A stretch of DNA of 58,438 nucleotides, filler included, from Piptocephalis cylindrospora (Eukaryota): NCBI GenBank assembly GCA_003614145.1. It is 6 parts of 6 records of this genome, joined end to end, with 100 filler letters (N's around TTAATTAATTAA, not from the genome) between each part and the next. Parts side by side here need not be neighbours in the genome. Positions count along the whole stretch, not along the records: positions 19,608 to 29,301 come from KZ988074.1; positions 29,402 to 39,067 come from KZ988075.1; 4 more parts are not named here. One strand, written 5' to 3'. How positions within the stretch are numbered: position 1 is the first letter of the stretch; every line of letters starts with the position of its first letter. The notes beneath the pieces were generated by a model. That model had not been told where the DNA came from. It did no database searches and saw only the letters and a program-made list of their open reading frames with translations. Position numbers and translations under genes: made by a program. Of this stretch, positions 20,673 to 32,260 are shown in pieces.

Positions 20673-23144
20673 TCACCCATGATGGACTTTGGCGCCGCCC
20701 CAGGAAATTTCGGTGACGCCCTTGCTTCCCCCACTGTCGTCGTTCGTGGCCTCGCCATCCTGGCCCTGTCTTGCTTGACGAGCCAAGGGGGATCCAGCAT
20801 GCCAGGTCCCATGGCCCTCATGGGGCATGGAGGAGAGGCTGAAACGATGGGAGGAGGAGATGGAAGAAGGACGATGTCGGGAGTGAGTGGGATCGGGCGA
20901 GGGTGGGTTGGTGGATGAGGAGGTGGGGTTGGCCAGGGGAATTCTGTTCCAACCCGATCCATCCACACTGTGGATCGATCCAGGTCTTTCACCCCGAGTC
21001 CAATCCCCCGAGGGGGAAGAGGAGGCGCCCTGGTTAGGGTGAGAGGGGTCTGTCCGATCATCTAAATGATCCGGACTTGCGGTGGTGTTTGGAGAGGAGC
21101 GGAAGGGTGAAGCCCTACTTGCCAACCCCTCCCTCTCCTCTTCCTCCTCCTCTTCCTCCTCCCCCTCCTCCTCATCACTAGTATCGGTAATGTGAACAAT
21201 GGGGAAGCCCCCGGAGTATCGCCCCTCCTCCTCGGCCCCTGATTCCTTCTCGTCCACCTCATCAAAGGAGGGATGGTCACCGTGGTGGAGAGAGCGGAGA
21301 AAAGTCCGGAGACCTCCATGGTCACCAGGTTGAATGGTCATGAGGTAACCCTCCTCATTCTCTCCTCTTCCAGGACCCCTCCCCTCCTCCATGTTCCCTA
21401 GGATATGAGCGTTAGAAGGGACGGCATCGGCGGTGGAGAGAGCGGTGGAGGTCATGCTTTCCAGACCCCCTAGGATAGTATCGGGTGATCGGCTATCTCC
21501 GGATTGATGGGCACCCTGGCCCATGCCCACGACAATCTCCTCAGCATCACCTCCGTCATCTCGACGCAGAGTGATCTTATCCCCAGGTTGCAGGACCTTG
21601 AGACCCCGGACCATGGCACTTCCCACCGTATGGGTTCTATCCCGACTTCCACTGGCATTGGTGGGGGCTCGGGTAGAGCCTCCGCGAGAGAAGGTGCGAG
21701 TGACGGTGAGATTGACATGCTTTCCCACCTTCATGACCGGGACCGTGACACCATGGACCACGGCAGAGCAAAAAACGATGAATTCAATGACGGGAACCAC
21801 GTCAAACGTTAGATTCCCTACGTAATCTTCATGATACAATTCCTTCAAGGCCTCGTCCGCATAGTACAGTGCGCCTACCCCGATGGGCCCAAACCACCCG
21901 GCAAAGATGGCCTCCCTTCGGTTCTTGATGGCCGGGACCCACTTCCACAGTATCATGATGATGGGGAGACGACGGAACAAGAGGATGCAAGCCGAAGCAG
22001 CAAACAGTCTCCCTAGCCCGATTTCCTGAAAGGCGGCGAACTGAAGGGTAGTTCCAAAATAGACAAAGAAGGAGATACTAAAAAGCATATCGATAATCTC
22101 CTGGAGATGAGAATCCGTGGATTGATCCGAGTACCAATCACTTTAGGAGAGGGGAAGCGGGAGGAGTGAGATGGGTCAAGGGTTGATAGTGGAAAAAGAA
22201 ACGAAACGAAACGAAACGAAATGAAGCACTCACTTCCAAGTAAAAGCATTGCCAGCGGCAAAGACGGCAATGAAATCGTTGGCCCCGATGATCTTGACCA
22301 GGCCCATGATGAAGAGGGCAAGGGCAATGGAAAAGGAAAGAAAGTTCTCCTTGTCGATAAAATCCTTGGATTCGGACCACCGAAGGATCTTTCGAGCTGA
22401 CCACCCAATGGCGATGCCAACGATGACAGCAAGGAGGATTTGGTAGAGCCAGACCTCGTAGACCCATCGGGCAATGGAGGACCCCACGTTGGTGCTGGGT
22501 TTCAGAAGGAGAATGGCTAGGGCAAGGTAGGGAAAGCCTAGCCCATCATTAGCCCCGCTCTCAGCAGACAGAACATTTCGTACATGGTGAGATAGGTACT
22601 TTTCAGCGAATTTCCCCTGGACAATCGAATTGGCCAGGACAGGATCTGTTGGGGCGACAGCCGCACCAATGACTAATGATTCGAGCTAGGGGAAAGATGG
22701 GAGGGGGGTCAGCTCTCTACAACAAGCCCACCCCACCTCATACAGAGGGCTTACAAAGGTTAACGGGAAAAAGAGACAGATAAAGGCTGCCGAAATAAAC
22801 CACATCACCAGGATGACGGGACCAAGGATGATGAACATGGAGATCCACTCGGTTTGCATATACTTTTTGGGCAGATTGACACCAGCAGCCATGACCTGGA
22901 TGGCAATGACGATCCGCGCAAACTGGATCGTGAGTTCGCCGGTGTTGGCGGTCCAGTCATGGGGGTTGACAAACTTGAGGACATAGGGACCGATGATGAT
23001 GCCAAAGACAGTAGCCACTAGGGTTTCGGAGAGGTAGAGACGTTCCTTGACAAAGAGGGAGAAAAAGCCGTAGATGACGATAAAGAGACCGAGGGCACAT
23101 GCGATGACCGAGACGGGATCAGTGACTATTTCCGGAAAGGCCAT
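20673..23144 (-). CDS. NHA1: Plasma-membrane Na+(K+)/H+ antiporter, Nha1/Sod2 family (introns 22754-22686 and 22233-22141)
   Basis: Motifs FVKERLYLSE, PTDPVLANSIV.GKFA, ESGANDG, FAAGNAFTW and FAGWFGPIGVGA, with a long hydrophilic C-terminal tail. Confidence 0.93.
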
Positions 23145-24264
23145 TATGTGTAGCGGGTAAGGGTAAAAAGGGGAAGGGAGAGATGGACGGCTTCAATAGG
23201 GAAGGTAGGGGGGAGGGGGGAGAGATGCAACGTTCTATGAGGAAGGACAGGTAAGGGTAGAGGGGGAGAGAGAGAGGGAGGAAGGGTGTGAAGCAGAGGG
23301 AAAAAAAGGAAGAAACGTGCAGAAGACTCCAGGAAAAAGGATGGAAGCAGGACAAAGAAGGGCTATAGGGATCAGGGATAGGGACCAAAGGGAAAATCGC
23401 CGGTCGGAGTACGAATGGCGGTGGGACAAGCAGGGAGGAAAGATGGCGGTGATGGTAATGGTGATAGGGGGCAGGGAGGGACGCAGAGAGGCGCTGGGAC
23501 CAAGAAAAATCACGGGGGAGAGACGTAAGACGATGGTTTTTCGAGTGTCGGAGAGAGGACAAGTGCTGGTATTTGTGTATGTGTACGAGAATAAGAGCAA
23601 GTTAAGAGAAGCAAGGAGGCTCAAAGGGATCAAATGGTAATAGGGAGGGTAAGAAAAAGGATATAAAAGAGAGAGGAAGGAAAGGGAGTGGGGAGATGGG
23701 GACGATCCGTGAGGTGTGAGATGAGCGAGATGTCAGTGCACGGGATGCGAGGGTTTGCAGGAGAACGGAGGCCTATCCAGGGAGAGATGATCTCATGGAA
23801 CCACACACACTGTGAAAGGTGGAGGGGATATAGGAGGGGGGGAGAGGAGGAGCAAGGAACACGAGGGATCTGGGTATATATCTCTTTGCAGGCGAGAGAA
23901 GAAACGTTTGCACAATGGGGCAAAGTAATGAAAAATTGGTTTAGAGGAATGTTGTTCAAGAAAGATTGAAAGCACTAAGACAGTGATACGTCATAAACAC
24001 TGGGACGATGAGCTTGGTGATCGTGTGTCTGGGGGAGAGGGCAACAAACAGGATTGGATGGGAGGAGGAGAGCATGGGGTTGCAACGCAGAAAATTCAAA
24101 GTGCTGAATGATGCGAGATAGAAGGGTGACGTTGAAATCGTTACTAAGGGATGGGAAGTAAGCTGGGGGGGGGGGGGGGGGGGGGGTTTTTGAAAAAAAA
24201 CATTTTGAAAAAAAAAAAAGAGCAATCGCGTTCTCCCCCCCCCCCCCCCCCCCCCTCTGCGCCC

Positions 24265-24893
24265 TTAGCTCCAATGGTACACCATACCTACCAGGGCCAT
24301 GGCCGCGGCAAGGGTCCCATCTGTTTGGGCATGTCGAATGGCCAGAGACCACTCGTCGTTTTGACGATTGTTACCATTGCCGTGATTGTTGTTGAAGTTA
24401 CCATTGGACCCACCGTTGAGTCCACCATTAAGTCCACCATTGTTATTCATGGAGGGATTGGGGGGGACTGAGGCGACGGCGATGACAGTGACATTGGGAG
24501 CATTCTTACAGTAGGCGTCGGCGGAAGCAACGATGCCTTCCTTTTGACTGGTGATGTTGGGTTCATTGGGCACTGATCGTAACAAACGGCCTTGTCCTTG
24601 GTCCGTTGACACAGACAGCTATAATCGGCGGCTGGGACGCGCGCACAAAAGGCCAGGTACTGATCGGCTGTGGCGATACATTGATTAAACTGAGGCTGTG
24701 GAAATGCACCGAGACGGAGTGGGGGTGGTTAGACGTGTAATCCATGGGATAGGCAGAAGGGGGGGGCAGGAAGACCTACTAAGGCAGCACAAGCGGCAGA
24801 GACTTGATGGGGTGTAATGAATAAGAGTATGAGACTGGATAGAAGAATAGAAACACTAGCAAGGTGACGAGGAAGAGATATAGCGAGGGACAT
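24265..24893 (-). CDS. Small secreted Cys-rich, probably GPI-anchored protein with an apparent 1-nt frameshift at about 24569 (intron 24779-24696)
   Basis: Signal peptide MSLAIS...QVSA, then CAALPQFNQC...FC...DYSCLC...VCYDQC, then in another frame PNEPNITSQKEGIVASADAYC, an N/G-rich linker and a hydrophobic C-terminus. Confidence 0.7.
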
Positions 24894-25934
24894 GGTTGCC
24901 ACGACGGATGATGAAAGGAGGAGGGCTGGAGTTTAGAGTTGGATATAAGATGGGGGAAGGGGAGAAGGAAGAGAGGGTGGGAGGGGACTGGGGGAGGGTA
25001 AGAAGGAGGTGATATCAAGGAAGATATATAGATTCATCCGATATATGTCATGTTCTTCCCTCTCCCTCCTACCATGACCGATATCCCATGGACAAGTCAG
25101 AGAAGGCTCGTCTTACCTGGGTATGTCAGGGCTGAATCCAGGAAGTGGAAGAGGATCATCATGGAGTGCGTGTGCGATCTTCCGTGGTGGCGACAGGGGC
25201 AGTCAAGTATGCAGAGAGGACAAGTGCTGAAGGGTATCTCGAGAGCAGGTCGTACAGGTGAAAAGGGAGAAGAGGCTTTTTGACGTGGGTAGGAGTAGTG
25301 GACGAAGGGAGGGGGGAACCCCTGTCGAACGAAATGGGCAAGTGGGGTAAGGGGTGAGGATGAGGAAGGGCCTACGGAGTGGGATGAAGAGATGGGTGGA
25401 TCAATGGATGGAGGAATTGTATCCATCGAGAGGAAAGGATGGCCATGTAATGGAGGGAATAGAGGAGGGTTAAGTTCAGCGTGCTCCATCGTCAGGGAAT
25501 GGGGTTCATTGACCAAGGAGTCTTGATCGAGGGGGATTTGGCAGGATTTGGTAGGTGAATTTGAGGGAGAATCGCTGCATTCACTGAGTGTGTCGCATCC
25601 ATGGTGGGATGACGAGGCTGGATGCGCGAATAGGATGAGGCGGATGGTGTGGGGATAAACAGGATAGATTCCCAGGGTCGACATGAGGCAAGGGTACAAG
25701 GACTTTGCCGGCAGAGTCAGTATGCAATGGCGATAAAAGGCTGGGAATGAAAGTGGAGAGTACGCCCAGCGCTTCTGTTTATACCATATCCCGAGCTTCC
25801 AGAACCAATGAAGTGGATGACATCCCAAGCTCAGCATCATATAATAGGAGGAGAAAAAAGGAAGGTGTTTACTCATCACCCCAAGACAATGTTACTCATG
25901 GCTCAGTAGGAAGAAAGGGATGCATAATAATTCT

Positions 25935-26912
25935 TCAGTGAAAGATCAATCGAGCTCCAACGGCGCCCATGACTACGATCCACCGAAGGCCCTCCCAGTC
26001 AGTGAGGAGAGAGGCGGCGCTGGAGACGACAGGGGTATCATTGGGCGCGGTGGTAGCATTGACCCCAGTGGCATCGGTGGGCAGGACCGGGTTGGGGACA
26101 AATGGGATGGCATCATCGGCGCTGGTGGGGTCAGCATCGGAACTGGATTGAAAAGTGGGAGAGGGTGCCCATTCGACCGCATCAGTGACGGGGTCTGGGG
26201 AGACGTCCTGGGTCGGGGGTGCATCCTGGGTGGAGATGGGGCCTTCTGGGGTCGTGGGAGAATTAGAGGGAGCGACGGGAGCCTGAGCATTAGGAAGAGG
26301 GCCGGGACCAGGGATGGAGGAGGCGCCGCCCGAATGGATGGGAGGACGAGGGCGTTGGGCGGGGACAGGTCTCTGCGTAGGGGGAGCAGGGTCATTGGTA
26401 GTTGGAGCGGAGCCACTTGGGCCGGTAGCAGGGGAGGCTTGAGCCATGGGGCCTCTAGGACGGGAGATGGGGATGGGGGTAGGGTAGGGGCGGACAGGAT
26501 GGGCAGGGCCCTCGGAGGACCCGCGATGTCGATGACGAGCAGGGGCTCGATTGAGAGGAAGAGTCTCATCCTCATCTTGGTCATCGACCAACTTTCTGGA
26601 ACGATGCTTCTTATGCTCCATAGGGGAAGAGGAAGGAGAATGGCGATGGATGACGCGAGTACGAACAACCTTGATGACCCTGCGTTGGCCGGAATCAGGA
26701 CGGGTGGGGCCAGTGCGAGCAGGGCTATGAAGGGATCGGCCGGGGGAATGAGCGGGGAGATTACGACACGCGGGATGGTCGGGGGTAGCGTTTGGACCAT
26801 TACAATGGATGACGGTGACATGATGGGCAGGGGAGGTATCCTGAAGGGCCAGAGCCCCCTGAAGGTGACCGATCATGCCCAGGGAGAGGAAGATGGCGAG
26901 AGAGAGATTCAT
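25935..26912 (-). CDS. Secreted Pro/Ser/Thr-rich surface protein, possibly GPI-anchored
   Basis: Signal peptide MNLSLAIFLSLGMIGHLQGALA, a low-complexity body and a hydrophobic C-terminus LRWIVVMGAVGARLIFH. Confidence 0.7.
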   Translation of the reverse strand: MNLSLAIFLSLGMIGHLQGALALQDTSPAHHVTVIHCNGPNATPDHPACRNLPAHSPGRSLHSPARTGPTRPDSGQRRVIKVVRTRVIHRHSPSSSPMEHKKHRSRKLVDDQDEDETLPLNRAPARHRHRGSSEGPAHPVRPYPTPIPISRPRGPMAQASPATGPSGSAPTTNDPAPPTQRPVPAQRPRPPIHSGGASSIPGPGPLPNAQAPVAPSNSPTTPEGPISTQDAPPTQDVSPDPVTDAVEWAPSPTFQSSSDADPTSADDAIPFVPNPVLPTDATGVNATTAPNDTPVVSSAASLLTDWEGLRWIVVMGAVGARLIFH

Positions 26913-27860
26913 GGTAGTGATGAGGATGAGGAGGATGAGGCGGAGGATGGAGGAAAGGTAGACGTCGACAAGCTATTCGGGAGAGAAAGAAGGGGACCCC
27001 TATAGTCCGGTGTGTGCATCATGATGGTGCACAGGGTGGATCAAGGATGCAGCATTCATCCCCCCTCCCCTTGTCAGACTGGATGAAGGGGGAGATGGGG
27101 TCTATTTTCAGCAGAAGGCTATGAATGATCCATGTGAGGCGCCCTGCAATACCCTCTACTCTCAAGATCAGCCTTCGTCATGGACGGGCAAATTCTCAAA
27201 GGTCGGTGCAATGATGCTCTTTTTTTGGGGGGAAGATGAATTGTGTCTTGTCCATCTTACAGGAGAGGGACGAGGATCAGGTGGCGCGGACCATTTCATC
27301 TTGTTCCCTTTGCTCCCCTCAAGCAACACCCCTGTCCTCGTGCCTCTGCTGCTAGGATAGGGAGGGAGAGAGAGAGAGATGGATCATCCCGATTCGAGGG
27401 GTTCCCTTGACCGACATGACCTTGCCTACGCGTCCTTATCTCTTCCTCCTCCTCATCCGGACCATGGTGCCCCCGATACCATCAGGCCAGGACATGACGA
27501 TGTGTGTGACAAGCTTGACGCGTCCCTTTATCCAATCATCGGCCGACCGATGACCCCCTCCCTCGTTAATAATACAGATCCACACAGAGAGAGGGAGAGA
27601 TGCATCATTAAGGAGAAGGAAGGTACAAGTGCCTTTGCGGTGTGGTAGGCTGGTTGAGGATGGCGATATGCCAGATCTGCTTCCGCATCGGGATATATCG
27701 CCAGCATTCCCCCCCTCCCTTGCCCCCCCCTCCATGACCAAGTCTCCATTGCACTCCGCTCGCCTCCCCTGACCATTACCCCATTGAGACACCCTACCTG
27801 GACAGTCTCCTTTAACCAATCTCCACTCCCCCTGGAGCAATCCTCCCATCCACAACTTGA

Positions 27861-27920
27861 TTCTCCGACCAGTAGCTTCCTTCTCCGACGAGTCACTTGG
27901 TTCTCCGACGAGTCACTTTT
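27861..27920. repeat. Three copies of a 20-bp tandem repeat in a divergent intergenic region
   Basis: TTCTCCGAC(C/G)AGT(A/C)(G/A)CTT units start at 27861, 27881 and 27901. Confidence 0.8.
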
Positions 27921-28288
27921 CCTTCTTTTGCCTTGCACCGTCATTGCCGCCAAGGATGGACCGACACTCACTTCACCCACGCACGCACATATATCCAGAA
28001 CCAACAGATACACACACACACAGCCCACAGCCCAGGTAAACCACTTATCACCATTCATCCATGGTGGTTTACATTGATAGATTGACCGCTGGATCATCAC
28101 CTCATCTCCGAATAAGAAGGGGGCCTTCTGTATGGTTCTATCAAGACGTATACTACGTCGTTTTATTCCAACCAGGCGTCTCCCTGGTCTTCATTCGAAC
28201 GTGCCTGGTCCACCATCTGGAATGCCTGGTGACCCGTTCCGTCCGGAGAGTGAGAGAGCAAGAGAGAGAAAGACTGGATGGCCCAGAG

Positions 28289-28319
<31 letters not shown>

Positions 28320-28802
28320 TGGACCAAAGAGCCCCATAGAAAGGATTCTCTCCCAGTCCCTGCGACCAATCACTTATTTCTCTCACTCCACTCCTTGCCC
28401 CATTGATTCAGCAAGGAGGAGGCATAGATGCCCCGTGTGATGACACACTCCATCCCACTCCCCACCCCTAGTGCTGACACCATCACCACCACCACTCCTC
28501 TTGACAGGGGAGGCATCCCCGTACCTCCCCCCCCCCCCCCCCCCCCCCCCCCCGCCCTTCTTTTGCGGCACGTTGCGGTAACACGAGAAGGAGGCCCAAG
28601 GGGGGGGGGGGGGGGGACGGTTGGTAGGCAATACATACGAACATCTTGCATCGGTCAGATCCAACTTGTCCCCCTTCTCACACCATTTTACTCTGTCCAT
28701 TCTCATTTCTGGTCGTGCCATTATTCATTCTCCAGACAATTTCCCTCCCTCCCTCTCTTCCTTCCTTCCTTTTTTCCTTCCTTGCTTGATCCAGTCCTCT
28801 CC

Positions 28803-29301
28803 ATGTATTCCTCTCCACCCTACGCCCATCATCCGGATCCTTACTCATCGGGATATGCCTCGTCTATGCGTATGCCCTCCCCAGATCATGGATCCTTCCA
28901 TCGGGACACGGGTAGGATGATCCATCCACCACCACAGTGTAAGTGCATCTAGATGCTCTCTTCCTCCCTCCCCCCTCCCCCGTCCTCACCTCCTTTCAGA
29001 TCACATCCCCATCCTAGGCCCTCAGTATCTTCCCCCATCTTCATCCCCCCCATCCTCCTCCTCCTCCTCGACCCAACCACCGGGGAAGAAGAGACGTGGG
29101 AGGAAGCCATCGGTTCGATTCATTCGAAAGACCCCAAGGATCCTCGTACCCGCAGGTGCATCCTCAACGGCATCAGGGAGCGGTGATGCCTCTGCCGGGC
29201 CCATGAATCCCCCAGTGGACCATCCTCTCCCCCCAACGGACCACTCTCTCTCCCCAATGACTCTCCCCTACTCCCAAATGGATCCTACCCCATCTCCACT
29301 C
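28803..29301 (+). CDS. 5' part of a Pro/Ser-rich protein with an AT-hook-like motif; truncated
   Basis: ATG at 28803 and an intron at about 28939-28999 (GTAAGT...CAG). Exon 2 encodes GKKRRGRKP and stays open to the contig end. Confidence 0.55.
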
Positions 29302-29460
29302 NNNNNNNNNNNNNNNNNNNNNNNNNNNNNNNNNNNNNNNNNNNNTTAATTAATTAANNNNNNNNNNNNNNNNNNNNNNNNNNNNNNNNNNNNNNNNNNN
29401 NGGGAAGGGGGAGGGGGGGGTTGGGGGGGAGGGAGGGGGGGGGGGGGGGGGGGGGGAGGT

Positions 29461-29494
<34 letters not shown>

Positions 29495-30817
29495 GGAGAT
29501 GGGGAGGGGAGAGTGAGCGAGTAGGTGAGGGGAGGGTGAGCGAGTGGGTGAGGGAGGGAGGAAGAAGAGTAAAGGAAGGAGGAAGGGAGGAGGGAGGAGG
29601 GGGGAGGTGGACAGACAAACAAGCTGCAAGGCCGGGAAATAAAGGCAGCAGAAAGGAGGTCTTGTTGGGTCGGCGGGGAATGGGTCCTTTTGCTTAGAGG
29701 AGAGGGGGGGGGCAAGTCGGAGGATGAAGCAGTACGGGGACGGGCCTAAAATCACCAGAAGAGCAGGCAATGACTGATACTTTGGCTGATGGAGTATGAG
29801 CCCAAGATATGAATGTGAATATCCGTGTGTGTGTGTTTCTGGAGGGAAAGGAAAGAGGAGAGGGGGGGAGATCAAGGAGGGAAAATGAGGTCCTGGGAGA
29901 GGGTGCTATTTTTAGATAGTGCTGCTGAGAGTCAATGAGAGAGGGGACGACGAAAAGACAGGGCCTCTGTGCCCTCTCTTTGTACCCCGAGTGTGTGGGT
30001 GCTGCTGACCATATAGGAATTGAACGCACACATACCCGAAGCACCATCTCCTAGTGTCATACCGGTGTGTTCGGATCTGTCGTTCCTTGTTCCTTGCTTG
30101 CCCCCTCCCCACCCCCGTGTTGCCTAATCACACACATACATACATACATACATACATACATACATACACACGGATGCACATAGTGAAGGATAGGCACTTG
30201 GCTGGCTTTAGCTGTTGCGCACACACGGGAGTGGGAAAGGAGCGGGAGTGGGCATGGCGAGTGTGGGTAAGGAGCATCTTTTTCATTGGCAAGGAGCTTG
30301 TCGGAGGTGGGAGGCAGGGTAGAGTGAGTTTAGAAAGGAAAAAAAAGAACCGCATTAGACTGGGCCAAACGAGCCGGACTGCATTGGACTGGACTGGGGA
30401 TAATCCTTCTCGAGTCGTCTCGAGTGAGCAGCTCCCCTCCTTCTCCTCCAATCCCCCCTCGTTTCCGCCCTCCGCCCTCCCCGACCTTGATGAAGAATGA
30501 CGCTTTTTTTTACACCGATGAGAGGAGTGATTCAGATCAGGGTGGGGCAGAGCTTCTCTCCTCCCCGTGTCATCCACGACCTCTCTGAGGGGGAACAGTT
30601 GGATTGTTCATGCGACTCTATCTCTTCAACTACATGACCAGTTCACCTTGATCCTGAATAATATCCAGTTCCCCCACCGCTGATCCCATTCACTCCATAG
30701 TAAACAGATGGATCCAAGAGGAGAATGCAATCAGACACGCTCAGTCTAGCAATTCAATACTCCAGCTGCGCCACTCCGTCATCATGATCTCCTCGTCCGT
30801 TCGCTCAATCAATCATC

Positions 30818-32125
30818 TCAGTCTTCCAATGGTTCCTCCACAGCAGTCACATGCATGATTTGCGCATCAGGGGAAAGGGTCCCTTCCAGGCCCGGGGTCT
30901 GGCTCAATGTCTCAAGATCCCTATCCCTATCCGATCGGCCCGTACCTTCACTGAGATCCGTAGTGCCAGGACGATCCATCCCAGGAATGAGACCTCCACC
31001 ATGACCCCTCCATCCCGGGTCCCCCCCGCCTTCCCAGACCACCTGGGCTGAGGAGGGAATGCTTTGGTGAAAGTGCCGCATCAACTCGCCATCCTGTGAC
31101 AAACGGTCCCACATCTCGGTCCGTACTATCCGGCCAAACTCGGCTAGAATCCAAGACATGGCCCGTCTCCCCAAAGCCCCCTCCTTGATCCGGTCTGCGC
31201 ACATCCAGATTAACAAGGCGCCCTCGGGATCCTCACATCGGGCAAACAACCGGGACACACATAGACCCTGTAATCGGGTCAGGCAGTACATGTGGCCCAT
31301 GAGCATCAAATCACACATTGTTTCCGTGTCTAGGTTGACCGGGAGGATGTCGGTGTACAAATAGTAGAGGAAACCTCGGACGCTAGATACGGCCTCGGGT
31401 AGTCGTATCTCCCCCGTCGACGCCTCTAGGCCCTCGGCCGCAAGAAGATGACCTAGGTGAGGCCATCGGGACTGGAGGATCGCCCGGTGCACAGGGATCC
31501 TCCGACACTGTCTCTCCCGACCTGGCCCTTCCCCTTTGGATTCTGTTCCCTGATCCTCCCCAGCAAGAATGACCAGGTCAGTATTCTCCCCATGGACCAG
31601 AAGCTCCTCGAGGTCCAGACCCAACGTCGGTTCAGGATCCCGGATGACTCCAAGTTCCCGGACATCCAGATGTGCCACTACCTCCATGTACTCTTCTCCA
31701 TCGTAGGCCTGCGATCCAAATACCCACATCTTCCCCTCTAGGCTCCCACCCGTTCTCCCAGATATCCCGTAATGCCAGGACCCGAGGGAAATGCGATGCA
31801 TCAACGATTCCAGCCCATATTCTCTTCGCCACTGCCAGCTCCCATCCAGGATGCCGAGTGTCCATACCCCGACCCCGGAATCCGGAAGCTCACCCTGAAC
31901 ACACCGTGTCACCCAGACCACAAGTCGTTCCCCACACATCCCGACAAAGTGTTGACCCATCCTCTGGGGACCAAGGTTCCCTCCAGACCCCGCCTCTCCA
32001 TCCTTCGTCTCACTTTGACACACGTCCACGAGGACCACGGTTCCTTCCAGATAATCATCCTGATCTTGCTCCTGTCCCTCCATCTCCACTTCCCTGGCTT
32101 CCTCATCCTCCTCGTCCCCATTCAT
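30818..32125 (-). CDS. BTB/POZ-domain protein (resembles the C-terminal part of Ral2/LZTR1/Mds3)
   Basis: TDLVI...IPVHRAILQSRWPHL...LPE...VRGFLYYLYTD...DLMLMGHMYCLTRLQGLC, with at most degenerate Kelch-like sequence upstream. Confidence 0.8.
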   Translation of the reverse strand: MNGDEEDEEAREVEMEGQEQDQDDYLEGTVVLVDVCQSETKDGEAGSGGNLGPQRMGQHFVGMCGERLVVWVTRCVQGELPDSGVGVWTLGILDGSWQWRREYGLESLMHRISLGSWHYGISGRTGGSLEGKMWVFGSQAYDGEEYMEVVAHLDVRELGVIRDPEPTLGLDLEELLVHGENTDLVILAGEDQGTESKGEGPGRERQCRRIPVHRAILQSRWPHLGHLLAAEGLEASTGEIRLPEAVSSVRGFLYYLYTDILPVNLDTETMCDLMLMGHMYCLTRLQGLCVSRLFARCEDPEGALLIWMCADRIKEGALGRRAMSWILAEFGRIVRTEMWDRLSQDGELMRHFHQSIPSSAQVVWEGGGDPGWRGHGGGLIPGMDRPGTTDLSEGTGRSDRDRDLETLSQTPGLEGTLSPDAQIMHVTAVEEPLED

Positions 32126-32260
32126 CCCTAGCACACCCTACCCACTTTACCCATTCCTCATTTAGTTGCATTCGACGACTTGAACATCCCCCCTCCCTCT
32201 TCAAAAACACTTGTGTACCGGTACCCTCTCAGTTTCCCAGTCAACCAAAATCAACTAGCC

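Noticed and set aside
29402..29500. Long poly-G tracts at contig ends (also 48640-48766) and (TG)n, (GA)n, (TACA)n and (ACGAA)n runs
   Set aside because: These are simple repeats that explain the assembly breaks. Their lengths are unreliable and there is no telomeric pattern.
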